Positions 44,869-55,704 of a DNA stretch of 64,000 nt are shown piece after piece. The stretch comes from Aulosira sp. ZfuVER01 (GTDB lineage: Bacteria; Cyanobacteriota; Cyanobacteriia; Cyanobacteriales; Nostocaceae). Position 1 is the first letter of the stretch, and the number at the start of each line of letters is the position of its first letter. The DNA lies in NCBI GenBank assembly GCA_034530615.2, contig JAVRCV020000003.1:10633-74632 (forward strand), read 5' to 3'. A model generated the notes under the pieces. That model did no database searches. It was given only the letters and a program-made list of their open reading frames with translations, and was not told the origin of the DNA. A program made the position numbers and the translations under genes.

Positions 44869-45618
44869 CTAAAATCTAAAATCTAAAATTCTTTGGGGGA
44901 TAACAATGTAACCAGTAGTGCGATCGCCTAATACTAAGTTACGTTGTTCGCCCCAATACCACCAGTGTGCAGCCACATAAGCACAAATCAGGCTATCTAG
45001 CCTATCTTCAACGGCTTTGAGTGCTGCACCTGTGTTGGGAATTTCCGGGATAAACGAACCGCCAAGGCGCAGAGAACGCAGAGGTGGTTGGAGGGTGGGC
45101 AGGATATCAACAATATAATTGTAGAGTCTGATTAATTCTAAGCGACGCTCGCGCAAGCGTCCTTTTTTGTATTTGAGGATGCGTTCTAAATTGAATAAAT
45201 GAACTATTGCTGGATGGGGAAAAACTTCTATTTGATATCTGCCGAGTGTTTGGGGTTTTATGGTTGGTGCGTGGGCAAAACCACGAAATTCTAATTCTAA
45301 ACCAAAGTTGACGGTGCGCTCGGCAAAGGCTAAACCCAAATTAGCTGGGTAGCATCCAGCATGATATTTACCAAAGTGTTTATGGCTGAGTTTGTCTGGT
45401 AGGCGACTCCCGCTAGCGTTAGGGATGAGGGTCGGTGCATCTACAGCGATGATTGCTGGTGCATCTGGGTGTATGCAAGTATCGATCCAGGTGAGAATAT
45501 CTGCGATCGCTTCTTTACGATCTAAATCAATAATCTCTAATTCTCCATCTATTAATTCTAAGCAGCATAGTCCACTTGGTTGCGATTTCCAACCTAAATC
45601 AATGCCGAGAAATTTCAT
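44869..45618 (-). CDS. DUF429 family protein (predicted RNase H-like nuclease)
   Basis: GIDLGW, VDAP, IEVFPHP and DRLDSLICA motifs. Confidence 0.85.
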   Translation of the reverse strand: MKFLGIDLGWKSQPSGLCCLELIDGELEIIDLDRKEAIADILTWIDTCIHPDAPAIIAVDAPTLIPNASGSRLPDKLSHKHFGKYHAGCYPANLGLAFAERTVNFGLELEFRGFAHAPTIKPQTLGRYQIEVFPHPAIVHLFNLERILKYKKGRLRERRLELIRLYNYIVDILPTLQPPLRSLRLGGSFIPEIPNTGAALKAVEDRLDSLICAYVAAHWWYWGEQRNLVLGDRTTGYIVIPQRILDFRF

Positions 45619-45902
45619 TGCCCAGCAGCCAATTACTTACAATATGTTCAGCCTTATCTTACAGTTTGATCCCATCTCTTTTAAAATTAAATTCACCGTG
45701 TTTTTGGCTCACACTAAAATCTCCTCTACTCTGTTGGAGGATGAGGAGAAGTTTCACAGGTATTACAGCGATCCCAACGCCCACGAAAAAACAAGCTATT
45801 GCAGATTGCTAAGAGAATTAGATGCACCTTTAATGTCTTAACCATGCATAGATAAAAGAGAGATGATGTAAACTCATTTTTGAAGTATGAGAAACCTCAG
45901 TG

Positions 45903-46787
45903 CTATATATCCTGCTTTCTCCGAAGTTGATGTTGCTGGCCGATGACGAAAGTTAAACCCGCTACAAGCAAACCAATTGCTCCTGATGATTCTGGTACAG
46001 ACTGAGACTGAATATTTCCCTTGAGTGCAATTGCATCATTGCCACATTCCAAAAATATATTACTGAAATAATTACCACTACCTAACAAATCTTTATCCAA
46101 AGAAAAGCCAATGGTATGGTTTCCTAGCGCAGAGAAGTGAGAAAAATCTAGCCCAGCATCTGTCAAATCTTGACTACCAAGCATGGAGATATTTCCAACT
46201 TTTGTACCTGAAGCGATCGCATTTAGGATAGATGTATTGTTTGTGGTAGGGTTACTCGCGATCGCAGATTGATAATAGTAGTTGTAGACAGCTTGTTCGG
46301 TTGCTAAGTCTGTACCTTGGGTATTAGGCATACCCGAGCCTTTGTCATAGTAACGCTTCAAACTGCTCTGACCATCATGCTCATTGGTGGTACTCTTAGC
46401 TGTGACTCCTTGGTAAACTCCAGTTGCCAGGCTGTTGTCATAGTCGGCAAACCTAACACCAAAAAGTTGACCTGTTTGGCTAGCTGTTTGAAAATCTTGA
46501 CCGGAGAAATTAAAGAACAAGTCACTCCAACCAATATGAACTTTATGGGTAGTGCCTTCTAAAGGCATTGCACCCGTCAGAGCGACATAAATTTTGTCGC
46601 CGGAATCTTTGATGGCCATACCTTTAATATCAAAGATGTCACCACCAGAGCCATCTCCAACCGCGTCAATACCATAGTTCCAGCCGTTGTATAGTTGTCC
46701 AGCACTTGCCTGTTGACCAGACAAAGTTAGGATACTAATGCTGACGGCTGTAGTAGCAAGGAGGAATTTCAAATTACGTATCATCAT
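45903..46787 (-). CDS. PEP-CTERM (exosortase-sorted) surface protein, XDD3-like
   Basis: Signal peptide; GWNYGIDA.GDGSGG; ECGNDAIAL; C-terminal VPES plus TM and basic tail. Confidence 0.85.
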   Translation of the reverse strand: MMIRNLKFLLATTAVSISILTLSGQQASAGQLYNGWNYGIDAVGDGSGGDIFDIKGMAIKDSGDKIYVALTGAMPLEGTTHKVHIGWSDLFFNFSGQDFQTASQTGQLFGVRFADYDNSLATGVYQGVTAKSTTNEHDGQSSLKRYYDKGSGMPNTQGTDLATEQAVYNYYYQSAIASNPTTNNTSILNAIASGTKVGNISMLGSQDLTDAGLDFSHFSALGNHTIGFSLDKDLLGSGNYFSNIFLECGNDAIALKGNIQSQSVPESSGAIGLLVAGLTFVIGQQHQLRRKQDI

Positions 46788-47454
46788 GAAGCCTGCTCTA
46801 CTACGCAGTTATATTTTTATCTGCCAATAGCGTAATCAAGCTTTAATGAATTTCGTATTGATAAATATAAGGTTTTCTTAAAGTATAAATATTTGTCAAT
46901 TTTTTATTTTTTTAAGTATTTCCTCTAGGTTATTACCCAAAAATAGTTTGTCTCCCTTGTCTTCCTTGTCTCCCTGTTCCTCTGCTTTCTCATATATGGT
47001 GCTAAATATTCATGCTGACCTACTTACTGTGCGATCGCCTACCTTAAAATCATCAAATCATAAATCAGTCTTCACCATCTCTTTAATAAGTGCTAAGACT
47101 CTTAAGCGACAAGGTTTCTATTAACACCCTCTTTCCTAACAATTGAAATATCCTTATTTCAACTACCAGCCTAGTGTTGCAAAATTCTTATAAGCAGATA
47201 TACTGAAGATAACCGGGTCAAAAAGCTTTCGTATTCTTAAAATAAAGGGGAGAAGCTAGCCACTAAAAAAAGCAGCTAGCTTATAGAGTATCTACCGTTT
47301 CTTTGTCTTCAGCCGCTTACTGCTCCATTTCCCATACTAGGCTTGTCATTTTTTTTTGTCAAGCTGTCATTTAAATGTGACTCAAAAAAATGTCTTGCAT
47401 TTCAGACTTCATGAGAGAAAATAAAGACAAGCGTAATATTCAGGATTTTGGTAT

Positions 47455-47910
47455 ATGACTGACAGAAGGCGTTCTGATGATTACAAGCAAATCAGTGGCT
47501 ATATCCCACTGGATTTAGCTCTAGAGTTCAAGAGTATCTGTGCCCGCTTAGGCATTTCCCAAAGCGACGCTATAGAAGAGATAACTCAAGAGTGGGTAGC
47601 CAAAAACACTGGTTCTCATACTCTCAACTCTCGAAAAGCGGCTCCAAAAACAATTGCCGATTTGGTACGAGCCAACATAGCAGAGCTGAAGCGCTGTGGT
47701 GTCAAAAACTTATCAGCATTAGCAAAAGCTGAAGTTTTACCAACACCAGGAGACTTTGCCATCATCACATCGGTTTTAGACATCCCAGAGGAGGACAGAA
47801 AAAAAATTTGGGAAGAAACTTTCAAAATGTCCGTGTATCACGATGCTAAGGGTGTAAAAGTATATAGAGATTCTGGAGGTGTCAAAGAAGATGAGTGTGA
47901 GTATTCTTAG
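47455..47910 (+). CDS. Ribbon-helix-helix (CopG-like) DNA-binding protein with C-terminal extension
   Basis: DYKQISGYIPLDLALEFKSIC...SQSDAIEE...W RHH pattern. Confidence 0.75.
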   Translation: MTDRRRSDDYKQISGYIPLDLALEFKSICARLGISQSDAIEEITQEWVAKNTGSHTLNSRKAAPKTIADLVRANIAELKRCGVKNLSALAKAEVLPTPGDFAIITSVLDIPEEDRKKIWEETFKMSVYHDAKGVKVYRDSGGVKEDECEYS

Positions 47911-48571
47911 AATCCTCAACTTACCAGGGTGGAATTGTAAAATGTCTTACGAAGGGGTTTCAATTGTTGCCCCAACAAAGCGTGATGCTACTGATTTAGC
48001 TCAAAGCTATGGAGAAGCTCTCAGCGAAACTGCTTGTAAGATTAAAGGCAAAGTACGGATTCAATGGAGAGGCTGTAAGCAACCAATTGAATTCTTTGGA
48101 TGGATGGCAACCGAACAAGCGCCTACACCATCGGAAACAGCCGAACGGATATTGCAATCTGAGGGTGGATTGTTTTGCAGCCAGTTATACATACCATCAC
48201 AGTTGTTATACCGTATGGTTGCGGCTGGGGAAAATGAGCGTCCTGTGAGCATCGTCAGACAAGATACTCGCAAACAAATCATTGTGAATCAGCCAATGGC
48301 TGAGATGTTACAGACACCACCAGAAATTGCTACCCAAAGGATCATGACCCAGTTTTGGCTACCTGAGGATTTAGCTGAACTGGAACAAAGGTTGCACAAC
48401 GATAGACAGTTCACCTGGACTTATTCCGCTGGACTAAATGAGCGTGCTTGGGCAATCTTGACTACTCAATTTGAGGCTTTTGAGGTTGAGGGTATTTGGT
48501 ACAGACAAGGAACTTGTTTGTCAACTCCTCAACTAGTGCCAATACCACCAGGGGTGCTTGAACAAGCTTAA
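47891..48571 (+). CDS. Hypothetical protein with a PAS-like C-terminal half
   Basis: Overlaps the RHH gene end; RPVSIVRQ...QIIVNQPMAEML...FWLPEDL PAS-like pattern. Confidence 0.65.
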   Translation: MSVSILRILNLPGWNCKMSYEGVSIVAPTKRDATDLAQSYGEALSETACKIKGKVRIQWRGCKQPIEFFGWMATEQAPTPSETAERILQSEGGLFCSQLYIPSQLLYRMVAAGENERPVSIVRQDTRKQIIVNQPMAEMLQTPPEIATQRIMTQFWLPEDLAELEQRLHNDRQFTWTYSAGLNERAWAILTTQFEAFEVEGIWYRQGTCLSTPQLVPIPPGVLEQA

Positions 48572-49159
48572 AAGAACAATTTGGCTCCTTCACGAATTAG
48601 AAAATCATCAGGTGCTTCAATTATTTTTCTATTTCGGGGTGCACTCCTTAAATCAGTTATCAGGTTTTAGATTTTCAGATTAGGAATTAGAGCAGTCCAA
48701 CAATTTTGGATTGTGGATTTTAGATTGACCCCACAGATAAATCTGGAGGCTTGGGTATTTTAGATTGTGGATAGTCGGATTGATTCAACAGATAAATCTG
48801 GGGGCTTGAGGACTTCTACTAATTCTCTCGTGCTGTCCTTGTGTGGTAACTGGAAATTGAAACAATGTAGCGGATTTAAATATTGTTACCCTATGCGGAG
48901 ATAGCCAGACTAATTACAGAATTTTTCAACCCTAAACTATAACAGCTAATTAAAATAACAGCGATTGAAAATTGCTGGTCTAAGGTGCGTAAATTGCTTT
49001 TTGGATTTTTGATTTTGGTAAATGCACCCTTGACACTCCATTGCACTGAATAAATCTACCTTGAGTTTTACTAAAAAATAGTATCCATTCTTACAATTTT
49101 TGGGCATTGGTCATTGGGCAATAGGCAATAATCATTTTTTCCCTTGCTCCCTTTCAGGT

Positions 49160-49266
49160 ACTCTACCCTACCCTGCGGGAACCCTCTTCTAGGGAACAGG
49201 AACGCTTTCAGCGAACGAATTCTCCTTTGGAGTACGCAGTCGCCTGCAGAGGAGCCACTGCGCCCT
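49160..49266. repeat. Small dispersed GC-rich repeat cluster within STRR tract
   Basis: CCCTGCGGGAA, AACGC...GCGAACG and AGCCACTGCG modules; the last also occurs near 60410. Confidence 0.5.
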
Positions 49267-49378
49267 TGTTTCCCCACACTCCCCTCATCTTACCCATCCC
49301 CCAGGTGTGATAGAGTTTTGTACCTACACGCAAAAATGCGATCGCTAAGATAATAAAGAGCAGGGAGGCAGCTAGAGC

Positions 49379-51310
49379 ATGACTAAACCAGAAGTAGCAT
49401 CTTATGGATCTTGGCGATCGCCAATTACAACAGATTTAATGACTTCCCAAACAATTGGATTAGGGCAAGTTGTTATTGATGGCAAAGATATTTACTGGAG
49501 CGAATTACGACCATCAGAACAAGGTAGGAACGTAATTGTACGGTTAAAAGATGGTCAAATTCAGGATGTAACGCCTGCTGGCTATAACGTGCGTACCCGC
49601 GTTCATGAATACGGTGGAGCTTCTTTTATTGTAGTTAATGGCACAGTTTACTTTTCTAACTTTGCCGACCAACGCCTGTATTGTCAATCTGCGGATAGCG
49701 AACCAAAACCGATCACAACAGAAGTAGCTAAACGCTATGCAGACGCTATTTTTGACCATCAACGCCAGCGAATTATTTGCGTGTGCGAGGATCATACCGT
49801 TGCTGGAAGGGAAGCTGTTAACACATTGGTCAGCTTGGGTTTACAAGGAGATGGTACAACGCAGCAACTACTTGGGGGTAACGACTTTTATGCCTCACCT
49901 CGCCTCAGTCCTGATGGTTCGCGCTTGGCTTGGCTGACTTGGAACCATCCGAATATGCCGTGGGATGGGACGGAACTGTGGGTAGCAGAAGTCCAAGCAT
50001 ATGGACTTTTAGGAAAAGCTGAACAAATCGCGGGTGGTTTAGAGGAATCCATCTTTCAGCCGCAGTGGTCTCCAGATGGCACGCTGTACTTTATTTCTGA
50101 CCGTACAGGCTGGTGGAATCTCTATCGCTGGCAAGATGGAAGTGTGGAAACTTTAACTCAAATGAACGCAGAGTTTGGTAAGCCTCTGTGGGTGTTAGGA
50201 ATGTCCACCTATGATTTTGAGTCAAGCGATCGCATTATTTGCAGTTATACTCAGCAAGGTATTTGGCATTTAGCTAGTCTTGACACGACAACAAAGCAAC
50301 TAGAACCTCTGCCATCCCCTTATACAGACATTTCCTCACTGCACGCCGCCCCTGGTAAGGTAGTTTTTATCGGTGGTTCTCCAACTGAGTCAACAGCTCT
50401 TGTACAGTTAGACTTAGCAAGTAAAAAGCTGGAAGTGCTACGCCGCGCTAGTGAGGTGAAGATTGAGGCTGGTTATCTTTCCCTACCTCAGGCAATTGCA
50501 TACCCAACAGCCGATGGTAAGACAGCTTATGCCTTATTTTATCCACCGCAAAATCATGATTACACTGCTCCGGTAGGAGAGAAACCGCCGCTAATTGTCA
50601 AAAGCCACGGTGGCCCTACAGCCGCCGCTGGGAGTAGCTTGAACTTTCGCATTCAATACTGGACGAGCCGAGGTATAGCAGTTTTAGATGTAAATTACGG
50701 TGGTAGCACCGGTTATGGCAGAGAGTACCGCCAAAGATTAGATGGTCAGTGGGGAATTGTTGATGTCGATGATTGTGCCGATGGGGCGCGTTCTTTGGTA
50801 GAAAAAGGAGAAGTAGACGGTAATCGCCTAGCAATTTCTGGTGGTAGTGCTGGTGGATATACAACCCTGTGTGCTTTAACATTCCGCGATACTTTTAAAG
50901 CAGGCGCTAGCCACTACGGAGTTAGTGATTTAGAAGCTTTAGCGAGAGATACTCACAAATTTGAGTCACGATATTTAGATCGTTTAATTGGTGCTTATCC
51001 AGAACAGCGCCAGATTTATCAAGAGCGATCGCCTATCAATTTTACCGAACGTCTTGGTTCGCCGGTGATTTTTTTCCAAGGATTGGAAGACCAAGTAGTA
51101 CCACCTAATCAAACAGAAGCAATGGTTACAGCACTAAGAGTTAAAGGTGTGCCAGTAGCGTACCTTCCCTTTGAAGGTGAGCAGCATGGCTTCCGGAGAG
51201 CCGAGAATATCAAGCGTTCATTGGAAGGGGAACTCTACTTCTACTCGCAGATTTTCGGTTTTGGATTGGCTGAATCAGTTGAATCTGTAGCAATTGAAAA
51301 CTTTGGTTAG
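49379..51310 (+). CDS. S9 family (prolyl oligo/acylaminoacyl) peptidase
   Basis: HGGPT, GGSAGG nucleophile motif, DQVVP, EQHGF. Confidence 0.94.
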   Translation: MTKPEVASYGSWRSPITTDLMTSQTIGLGQVVIDGKDIYWSELRPSEQGRNVIVRLKDGQIQDVTPAGYNVRTRVHEYGGASFIVVNGTVYFSNFADQRLYCQSADSEPKPITTEVAKRYADAIFDHQRQRIICVCEDHTVAGREAVNTLVSLGLQGDGTTQQLLGGNDFYASPRLSPDGSRLAWLTWNHPNMPWDGTELWVAEVQAYGLLGKAEQIAGGLEESIFQPQWSPDGTLYFISDRTGWWNLYRWQDGSVETLTQMNAEFGKPLWVLGMSTYDFESSDRIICSYTQQGIWHLASLDTTTKQLEPLPSPYTDISSLHAAPGKVVFIGGSPTESTALVQLDLASKKLEVLRRASEVKIEAGYLSLPQAIAYPTADGKTAYALFYPPQNHDYTAPVGEKPPLIVKSHGGPTAAAGSSLNFRIQYWTSRGIAVLDVNYGGSTGYGREYRQRLDGQWGIVDVDDCADGARSLVEKGEVDGNRLAISGGSAGGYTTLCALTFRDTFKAGASHYGVSDLEALARDTHKFESRYLDRLIGAYPEQRQIYQERSPINFTERLGSPVIFFQGLEDQVVPPNQTEAMVTALRVKGVPVAYLPFEGEQHGFRRAENIKRSLEGELYFYSQIFGFGLAESVESVAIENFG

Positions 51311-51342
51311 GTTCCCCACCCTCAAGCAGGAATCACATCATT

Positions 51343-52290
51343 ATGGCAATTCTAGCAATCGTCATTGCAGTTCTCGTCGCTGTCTTCCTCGTCCTTGTTT
51401 TAGCCAGCAAAAAGGCAGTCCAGCAGGCTGAAGCTGAGTTTCCACCGATCGGAGAATTTGTTACCGTTGAAGGAGTCCGGATACATTACCTTTGTCAAGG
51501 TTCAGGCAAAGCAGTTGTGCTGATTCACGGTAATACTGGCTTCATTCAGGACTTTACTCCAGAGGTATTCAACTCTGCGGCTCAAGCTTACCGCACTTTT
51601 GCCTTTGACCGACCAGGACATGGCTATAGCGATCGTCCAAGAAACGAAGCGATTACAGCCATCGACCAGGCTCGTTTGCTACGGGAAGCTTTGCAACAGC
51701 TAGGCATTGAAACTCCAATTATTGTTGGCTATTCTTGGGGTGGTTCTGTTGCGCTTGGCTATGCGCTGGAGTATCCAAACGAACTCTCAGGGCTGGTGCT
51801 GCTGGGTGCGCTTGCCTTCAGGCGGGAACGGTTGAATCCCTTGTTAGAAATCATTGCGGAAACGCCGATCATTGGAGATTTATTTAGAGCCATCTTACCT
51901 GTGGTGCTGGGTCGCAACCTCGTCCAGCAAAATCTGATTAAAGCCTTCGCTCCAGATACAGTACCAGCGAATTATCTCCGAATTGCACAGGCACTCTGGA
52001 CGCGCCCAAGCCAAACCCTAGCTCTGACGCAAGACAACCTCACAATCAACCCCACGCTGGCAGCCCTCAGTCCTCGCTATAGCCAGATTCGTGTGCCAGT
52101 TGTCATTGTCACAGGAAATCAAGACCAAATTGTTAACGCTCAAGCAAATTCGTTGGCGTTGCATCAGGTCGTGATGAGATCTGAACTCATCGAATTGCCA
52201 AAGACAGGTCATGCAATTCCCAAAACTCGACCGCAGATTGTCATTGATGCCATTCGCAGAGTTGAGAGCAAAAACAACAGTATCGAATGA
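51343..52290 (+). CDS. Alpha/beta hydrolase with N-terminal anchor
   Basis: HGN, DRPGHG, GYSWGG, D and TGH motifs. Confidence 0.9.
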   Translation: MAILAIVIAVLVAVFLVLVLASKKAVQQAEAEFPPIGEFVTVEGVRIHYLCQGSGKAVVLIHGNTGFIQDFTPEVFNSAAQAYRTFAFDRPGHGYSDRPRNEAITAIDQARLLREALQQLGIETPIIVGYSWGGSVALGYALEYPNELSGLVLLGALAFRRERLNPLLEIIAETPIIGDLFRAILPVVLGRNLVQQNLIKAFAPDTVPANYLRIAQALWTRPSQTLALTQDNLTINPTLAALSPRYSQIRVPVVIVTGNQDQIVNAQANSLALHQVVMRSELIELPKTGHAIPKTRPQIVIDAIRRVESKNNSIE

Positions 52291-52326
52291 AGCTATAAAT
52301 TATTTCCCTCGCTCTGCTGCTGATTT

Positions 52327-52725
52327 TTAGCGACGATGTAAGAACCAATACCATCCAGAACCTTTGCGAGTTAGCCAAGAGTCTTCTAAATCAGGATTGT
52401 AAACAGGGAAATCGGAAGATTGGGAATCATCATGGACGCGAATTCTGACATTCTCACAATTCCCTTCTATTTCAATTGTGACAGTTTGATTGTCGCTCTG
52501 GGTTGGACGCAAGAGACTATCTCTAATTATCCGTCGATTCCGATTAACTTCTTGCCTAGGAACACAACGCACTTTCACCAAGGAGTTATCATTGGGGTTA
52601 TCTAAAAGATAAGGCAAGATTGGAGAGTCACGCATTCTCGGAGTTTGGGCGCTGGCTAAAGATGTTACCGATAGCAACAAGATTGTACTCAGGGTAATAA
52701 TTCTTGCTCCAGGTGGGCTGTTCAT
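52327..52725 (-). CDS. Hypothetical secreted protein
   Basis: Signal peptide (ASA-Q); two Cys. Confidence 0.7.
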   Translation of the reverse strand: MNSPPGARIITLSTILLLSVTSLASAQTPRMRDSPILPYLLDNPNDNSLVKVRCVPRQEVNRNRRIIRDSLLRPTQSDNQTVTIEIEGNCENVRIRVHDDSQSSDFPVYNPDLEDSWLTRKGSGWYWFLHRR

Positions 52726-52809
52726 GATATCTCCCCAGAAGTAAAGAAAGTAATTGCCAGGGTGCTAACCCCGGCGTGGAATTAATTTAAAATTACGAAT
52801 TGGTATAAC

Positions 52810-53481
52810 TTATTTGTTGTCTAGTAGTTGATTTACCTGCTGTCCCCGACGACCAGTTTTTATTTCATAGCGACGAGTCAGGTTGTCTTCGTAGTTCATA
52901 TCTCTAGCAGCAGCCGAGTTAACGAAAGCATCGCAATTTTTACCTTGAACCACTGTGGAGGAACTGCTGCTATTTTCCTCATTGCGGTTATTGCGGGTAT
53001 CTTTGGAGTCGCTGTTATTTTGACTACCTTGGCTAGCACCGCTACCACTCACGCCAATACCTAAGAAGCTAACCCCACCGCCACCGCCGTCATTGTGGCT
53101 TTGAGAAGAACTGGAACGAGTGCTAGTGGAGGTTGCTAAGGCTAATTTGCTAGAACTGTTGCGGGTGTTACTACCCAAGCCAACATCACTACACAAAGCA
53201 CGGGGGTCATTTGCTAAAGTTTTCGGGTCAACCCAAGATTGATGGTCTCCCAATCCTTGAACTTCAGTATTCCCAACTGGATTGCTAGGTGCGCCAGGTG
53301 TAGGAGTTTTAGGAGTACCATTACCTACAGCTGCACCAGGGGTGAGAATACCTGGTTTGAAAATACCAGCAGGCTGTACATCAAAAGGCCCAGCAAATGC
53401 TGGTAGTGTAGAGGTCAAAAGCGCAGTAGCTGTTAGCAAAGAGCCAGTTAAGTGACGGAATTTCATGGTCATTCTCCTCAA
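52810..53481 (-). CDS. Hypothetical secreted Ser/Gly-rich protein
   Basis: Signal peptide (PAFA-G); start probably the internal MTMKFRH; two Cys flank the low-complexity segment. Confidence 0.75.
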   Translation of the reverse strand: MRRMTMKFRHLTGSLLTATALLTSTLPAFAGPFDVQPAGIFKPGILTPGAAVGNGTPKTPTPGAPSNPVGNTEVQGLGDHQSWVDPKTLANDPRALCSDVGLGSNTRNSSSKLALATSTSTRSSSSQSHNDGGGGGVSFLGIGVSGSGASQGSQNNSDSKDTRNNRNEENSSSSSTVVQGKNCDAFVNSAAARDMNYEDNLTRRYEIKTGRRGQQVNQLLDNK

Positions 53482-53710
53482 GTTGAAGTGTTTGTCTTGG
53501 GCTTTCGCCCTTACACTTACTCAATAGGTTGACCTTGATTAGTTTATGCACCCTGTGGGGAAAGTTTTTTTAAATTCTGGTTTTGTAGGGAAATGGGGAG
53601 TGTGGGGAGTAGGGGGACAAGGGGGACAAATTACAAATGACCAATACCCAATAAATTTACTGTGAAAACTGGGATAAATAAGTGAATCATTTTGATGTTG
53701 TCACTGAATT

Positions 53711-54295
53711 ATGCAGTACCCTTTAGAACTTACGTTCAAATTTTGGGCATTAGCGCCGCAAATATCGATTGTTGATAGTCAAGGTAATTTGGTTTTTTAT
53801 GTCCAGCAGAAACTATTCAAGCTTAAGGAAGCAATTACCATCTTTGCTGACTTAGAGCGTACCCGTCCCCTCTATTACATTAAAGCTGACCGAATTATTG
53901 ACTTTTCGGCGCGTTACAACTTCACAGATAGCAATGGTAGGGAGATTGGAGCAGTCAAACGGCGGGGATTGCGATCGCTTTGGCGGGCGCGCTATGACAT
54001 ATTTGATGGTGATACTAGCAATCTCAACATTCAAGAGAAAAATCCTTGGATCAAAGTTGCAGATGCTTTATTCGCAGAGATCCCAATTGTGGGAATGTTC
54101 ACTGGTTATGTGTTCAACCCAGTCTACCTGGTTAGCCGAACTGATGGCACAGTTGTCATGCGTTTAGAGAAAATTCCGGCTTTTCTCTCTCGCAGATTTA
54201 TTATTAAAGCTGTAGATCAAGTGAGCGATCGCGAAGAAGAACAGGTTCTGCTAAGTTTAATGATGATGCTGCTACTAGAACGCAATCGTGGCTAG
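53711..54295 (+). CDS. LURP-one/scramblase-like (tubby C-terminal-like) protein
   Basis: YVQQKLFKLKEAI, IKADRIIDFSARY, GAVKRRGLRSLWRA motifs. Confidence 0.7.
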   Translation: MQYPLELTFKFWALAPQISIVDSQGNLVFYVQQKLFKLKEAITIFADLERTRPLYYIKADRIIDFSARYNFTDSNGREIGAVKRRGLRSLWRARYDIFDGDTSNLNIQEKNPWIKVADALFAEIPIVGMFTGYVFNPVYLVSRTDGTVVMRLEKIPAFLSRRFIIKAVDQVSDREEEQVLLSLMMMLLLERNRG

Positions 54296-54384
54296 CAAAC
54301 AGTAGCCTAATCTAGCAATTCTCGCAGAGGAAAACTATCAATTATTCTCCCCCTACTTCCTCTGCTCCCTGCTCCTCTCCTTAT

Positions 54385-55461
54385 TTAATAGCCATCCACA
54401 GACCAATGGGGAGGGTCATTACTCAACTTATACACTCCGTAGGTGCTACCTACATTCCATAAAGTTCTATTAAGAGCAGCATTTGGTGGGTCGCCTACAG
54501 ATACCATTCGCCCATTACCATCTCTAATATTAATTTTGCCATTCCAGGTAACATTCCAATCAATTGCCAGTCTTTGAATATGGCGAGAATTTAAGGAAAC
54601 AGGATTACCACCAATTCCATAAGCATCTAACATCTCTTCGGCAGCTTGTACTGAACCTGCATTAGTGTAATGTTCCCACTCCACATCAACTCCAGCCATG
54701 CTTGGCACATATTTAGCAGCAATTTCTTGTCTATAAATTCTGGCTGCATAATGCATTAAGTAAGCACGTTCTTTAGGACGATGAGTAGCGGTAACAATTA
54801 CTTGACATCCTGCATCAATCAGTGATTTTTGAAATGCTTCTACTCTTTGACGAAATGGTGAAGCTAAATCAGAAATTAACTTGCTGGTAGGGAAGCTATC
54901 AACCCAATGGGGGCCGCTGAGGCAAAATCTTTGAATTTTTGCGTAGCCGTTTAAAATATCCAACGCCGGCGTTAAATCTTGTCCGAGTTTCTGCTTAGTA
55001 GCATTGCTTAATGCCTGTTCTAGTTCACTACGCAAGCGGACATCTCTTTTTTTGTATGCTTCGGCTAACCCTTTACTACTTGTATCACCAAAGTCTCCAT
55101 CTACTTTTAAAGCAGGATTTAATTGCCCAGTTTTATTTACAGATGCTTGTAAATCTTTAACCTCTGCTTCGCCAAAACCAAGGTAACTTAGCAATGTATT
55201 CGCGGAAATATTCAGTTTGAAAATCAAACCCCGATCTAGTGCTTTGGCATAAGTCATATTACCCACAACACCATCAGCAGTTAAGCCATTTCTTTGTTGA
55301 TAGCTACGAGTTGCTTGGTCTGTCTGTTTACCAAAGTCACCATCAGCAACACCAATAGGAAAGTCGGCATCTTTTAAAAAGCTTTGCCAAGCAAGAACAA
55401 CAGATCCTTCTGAACCAAGTTTGATAACTGGTAATTTAAGAATGCTGACATTAAAAGCCAT
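54385..55461 (-). CDS. Peptidoglycan-binding domain protein with C-terminal M15/Hedgehog-like zinc peptidase
   Basis: DGDFG and DGVVG PG-binding repeats; SRHIQRLAID (SxHxxxxAxD) and DPPHWS. Confidence 0.8.
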   Translation of the reverse strand: MAFNVSILKLPVIKLGSEGSVVLAWQSFLKDADFPIGVADGDFGKQTDQATRSYQQRNGLTADGVVGNMTYAKALDRGLIFKLNISANTLLSYLGFGEAEVKDLQASVNKTGQLNPALKVDGDFGDTSSKGLAEAYKKRDVRLRSELEQALSNATKQKLGQDLTPALDILNGYAKIQRFCLSGPHWVDSFPTSKLISDLASPFRQRVEAFQKSLIDAGCQVIVTATHRPKERAYLMHYAARIYRQEIAAKYVPSMAGVDVEWEHYTNAGSVQAAEEMLDAYGIGGNPVSLNSRHIQRLAIDWNVTWNGKINIRDGNGRMVSVGDPPNAALNRTLWNVGSTYGVYKLSNDPPHWSVDGY

Positions 55462-55704
55462 AATTTTCTCCAACTTAAAATTATAGACTTCTTGCAAAAG
55501 ATTAATAAATGTTACGTAAAGGTAATCAGGATTTTGCCTCCCTTTATATCTTTATTAGGTACTTTTGCAAGTCTGTCTATTTATTAGCAAGCTATCAGAG
55601 TTCAATAGTAAAATTGTCAATCGTTATTTTCATATTTTTGGCTGATTGACAATTTAAAAAAACTTCACTTGCCTAGTGTTTATATAGCCATGAATTGCTC
55701 ATAA

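Noticed and set aside
48722..48808. Two copies of about 30 bp (GATTGA...ACAGATAAATCTGG.GGCTTG)
   Set aside because: Only two copies within an STRR tract; an ordinary dispersed repeat rather than a mini-CRISPR
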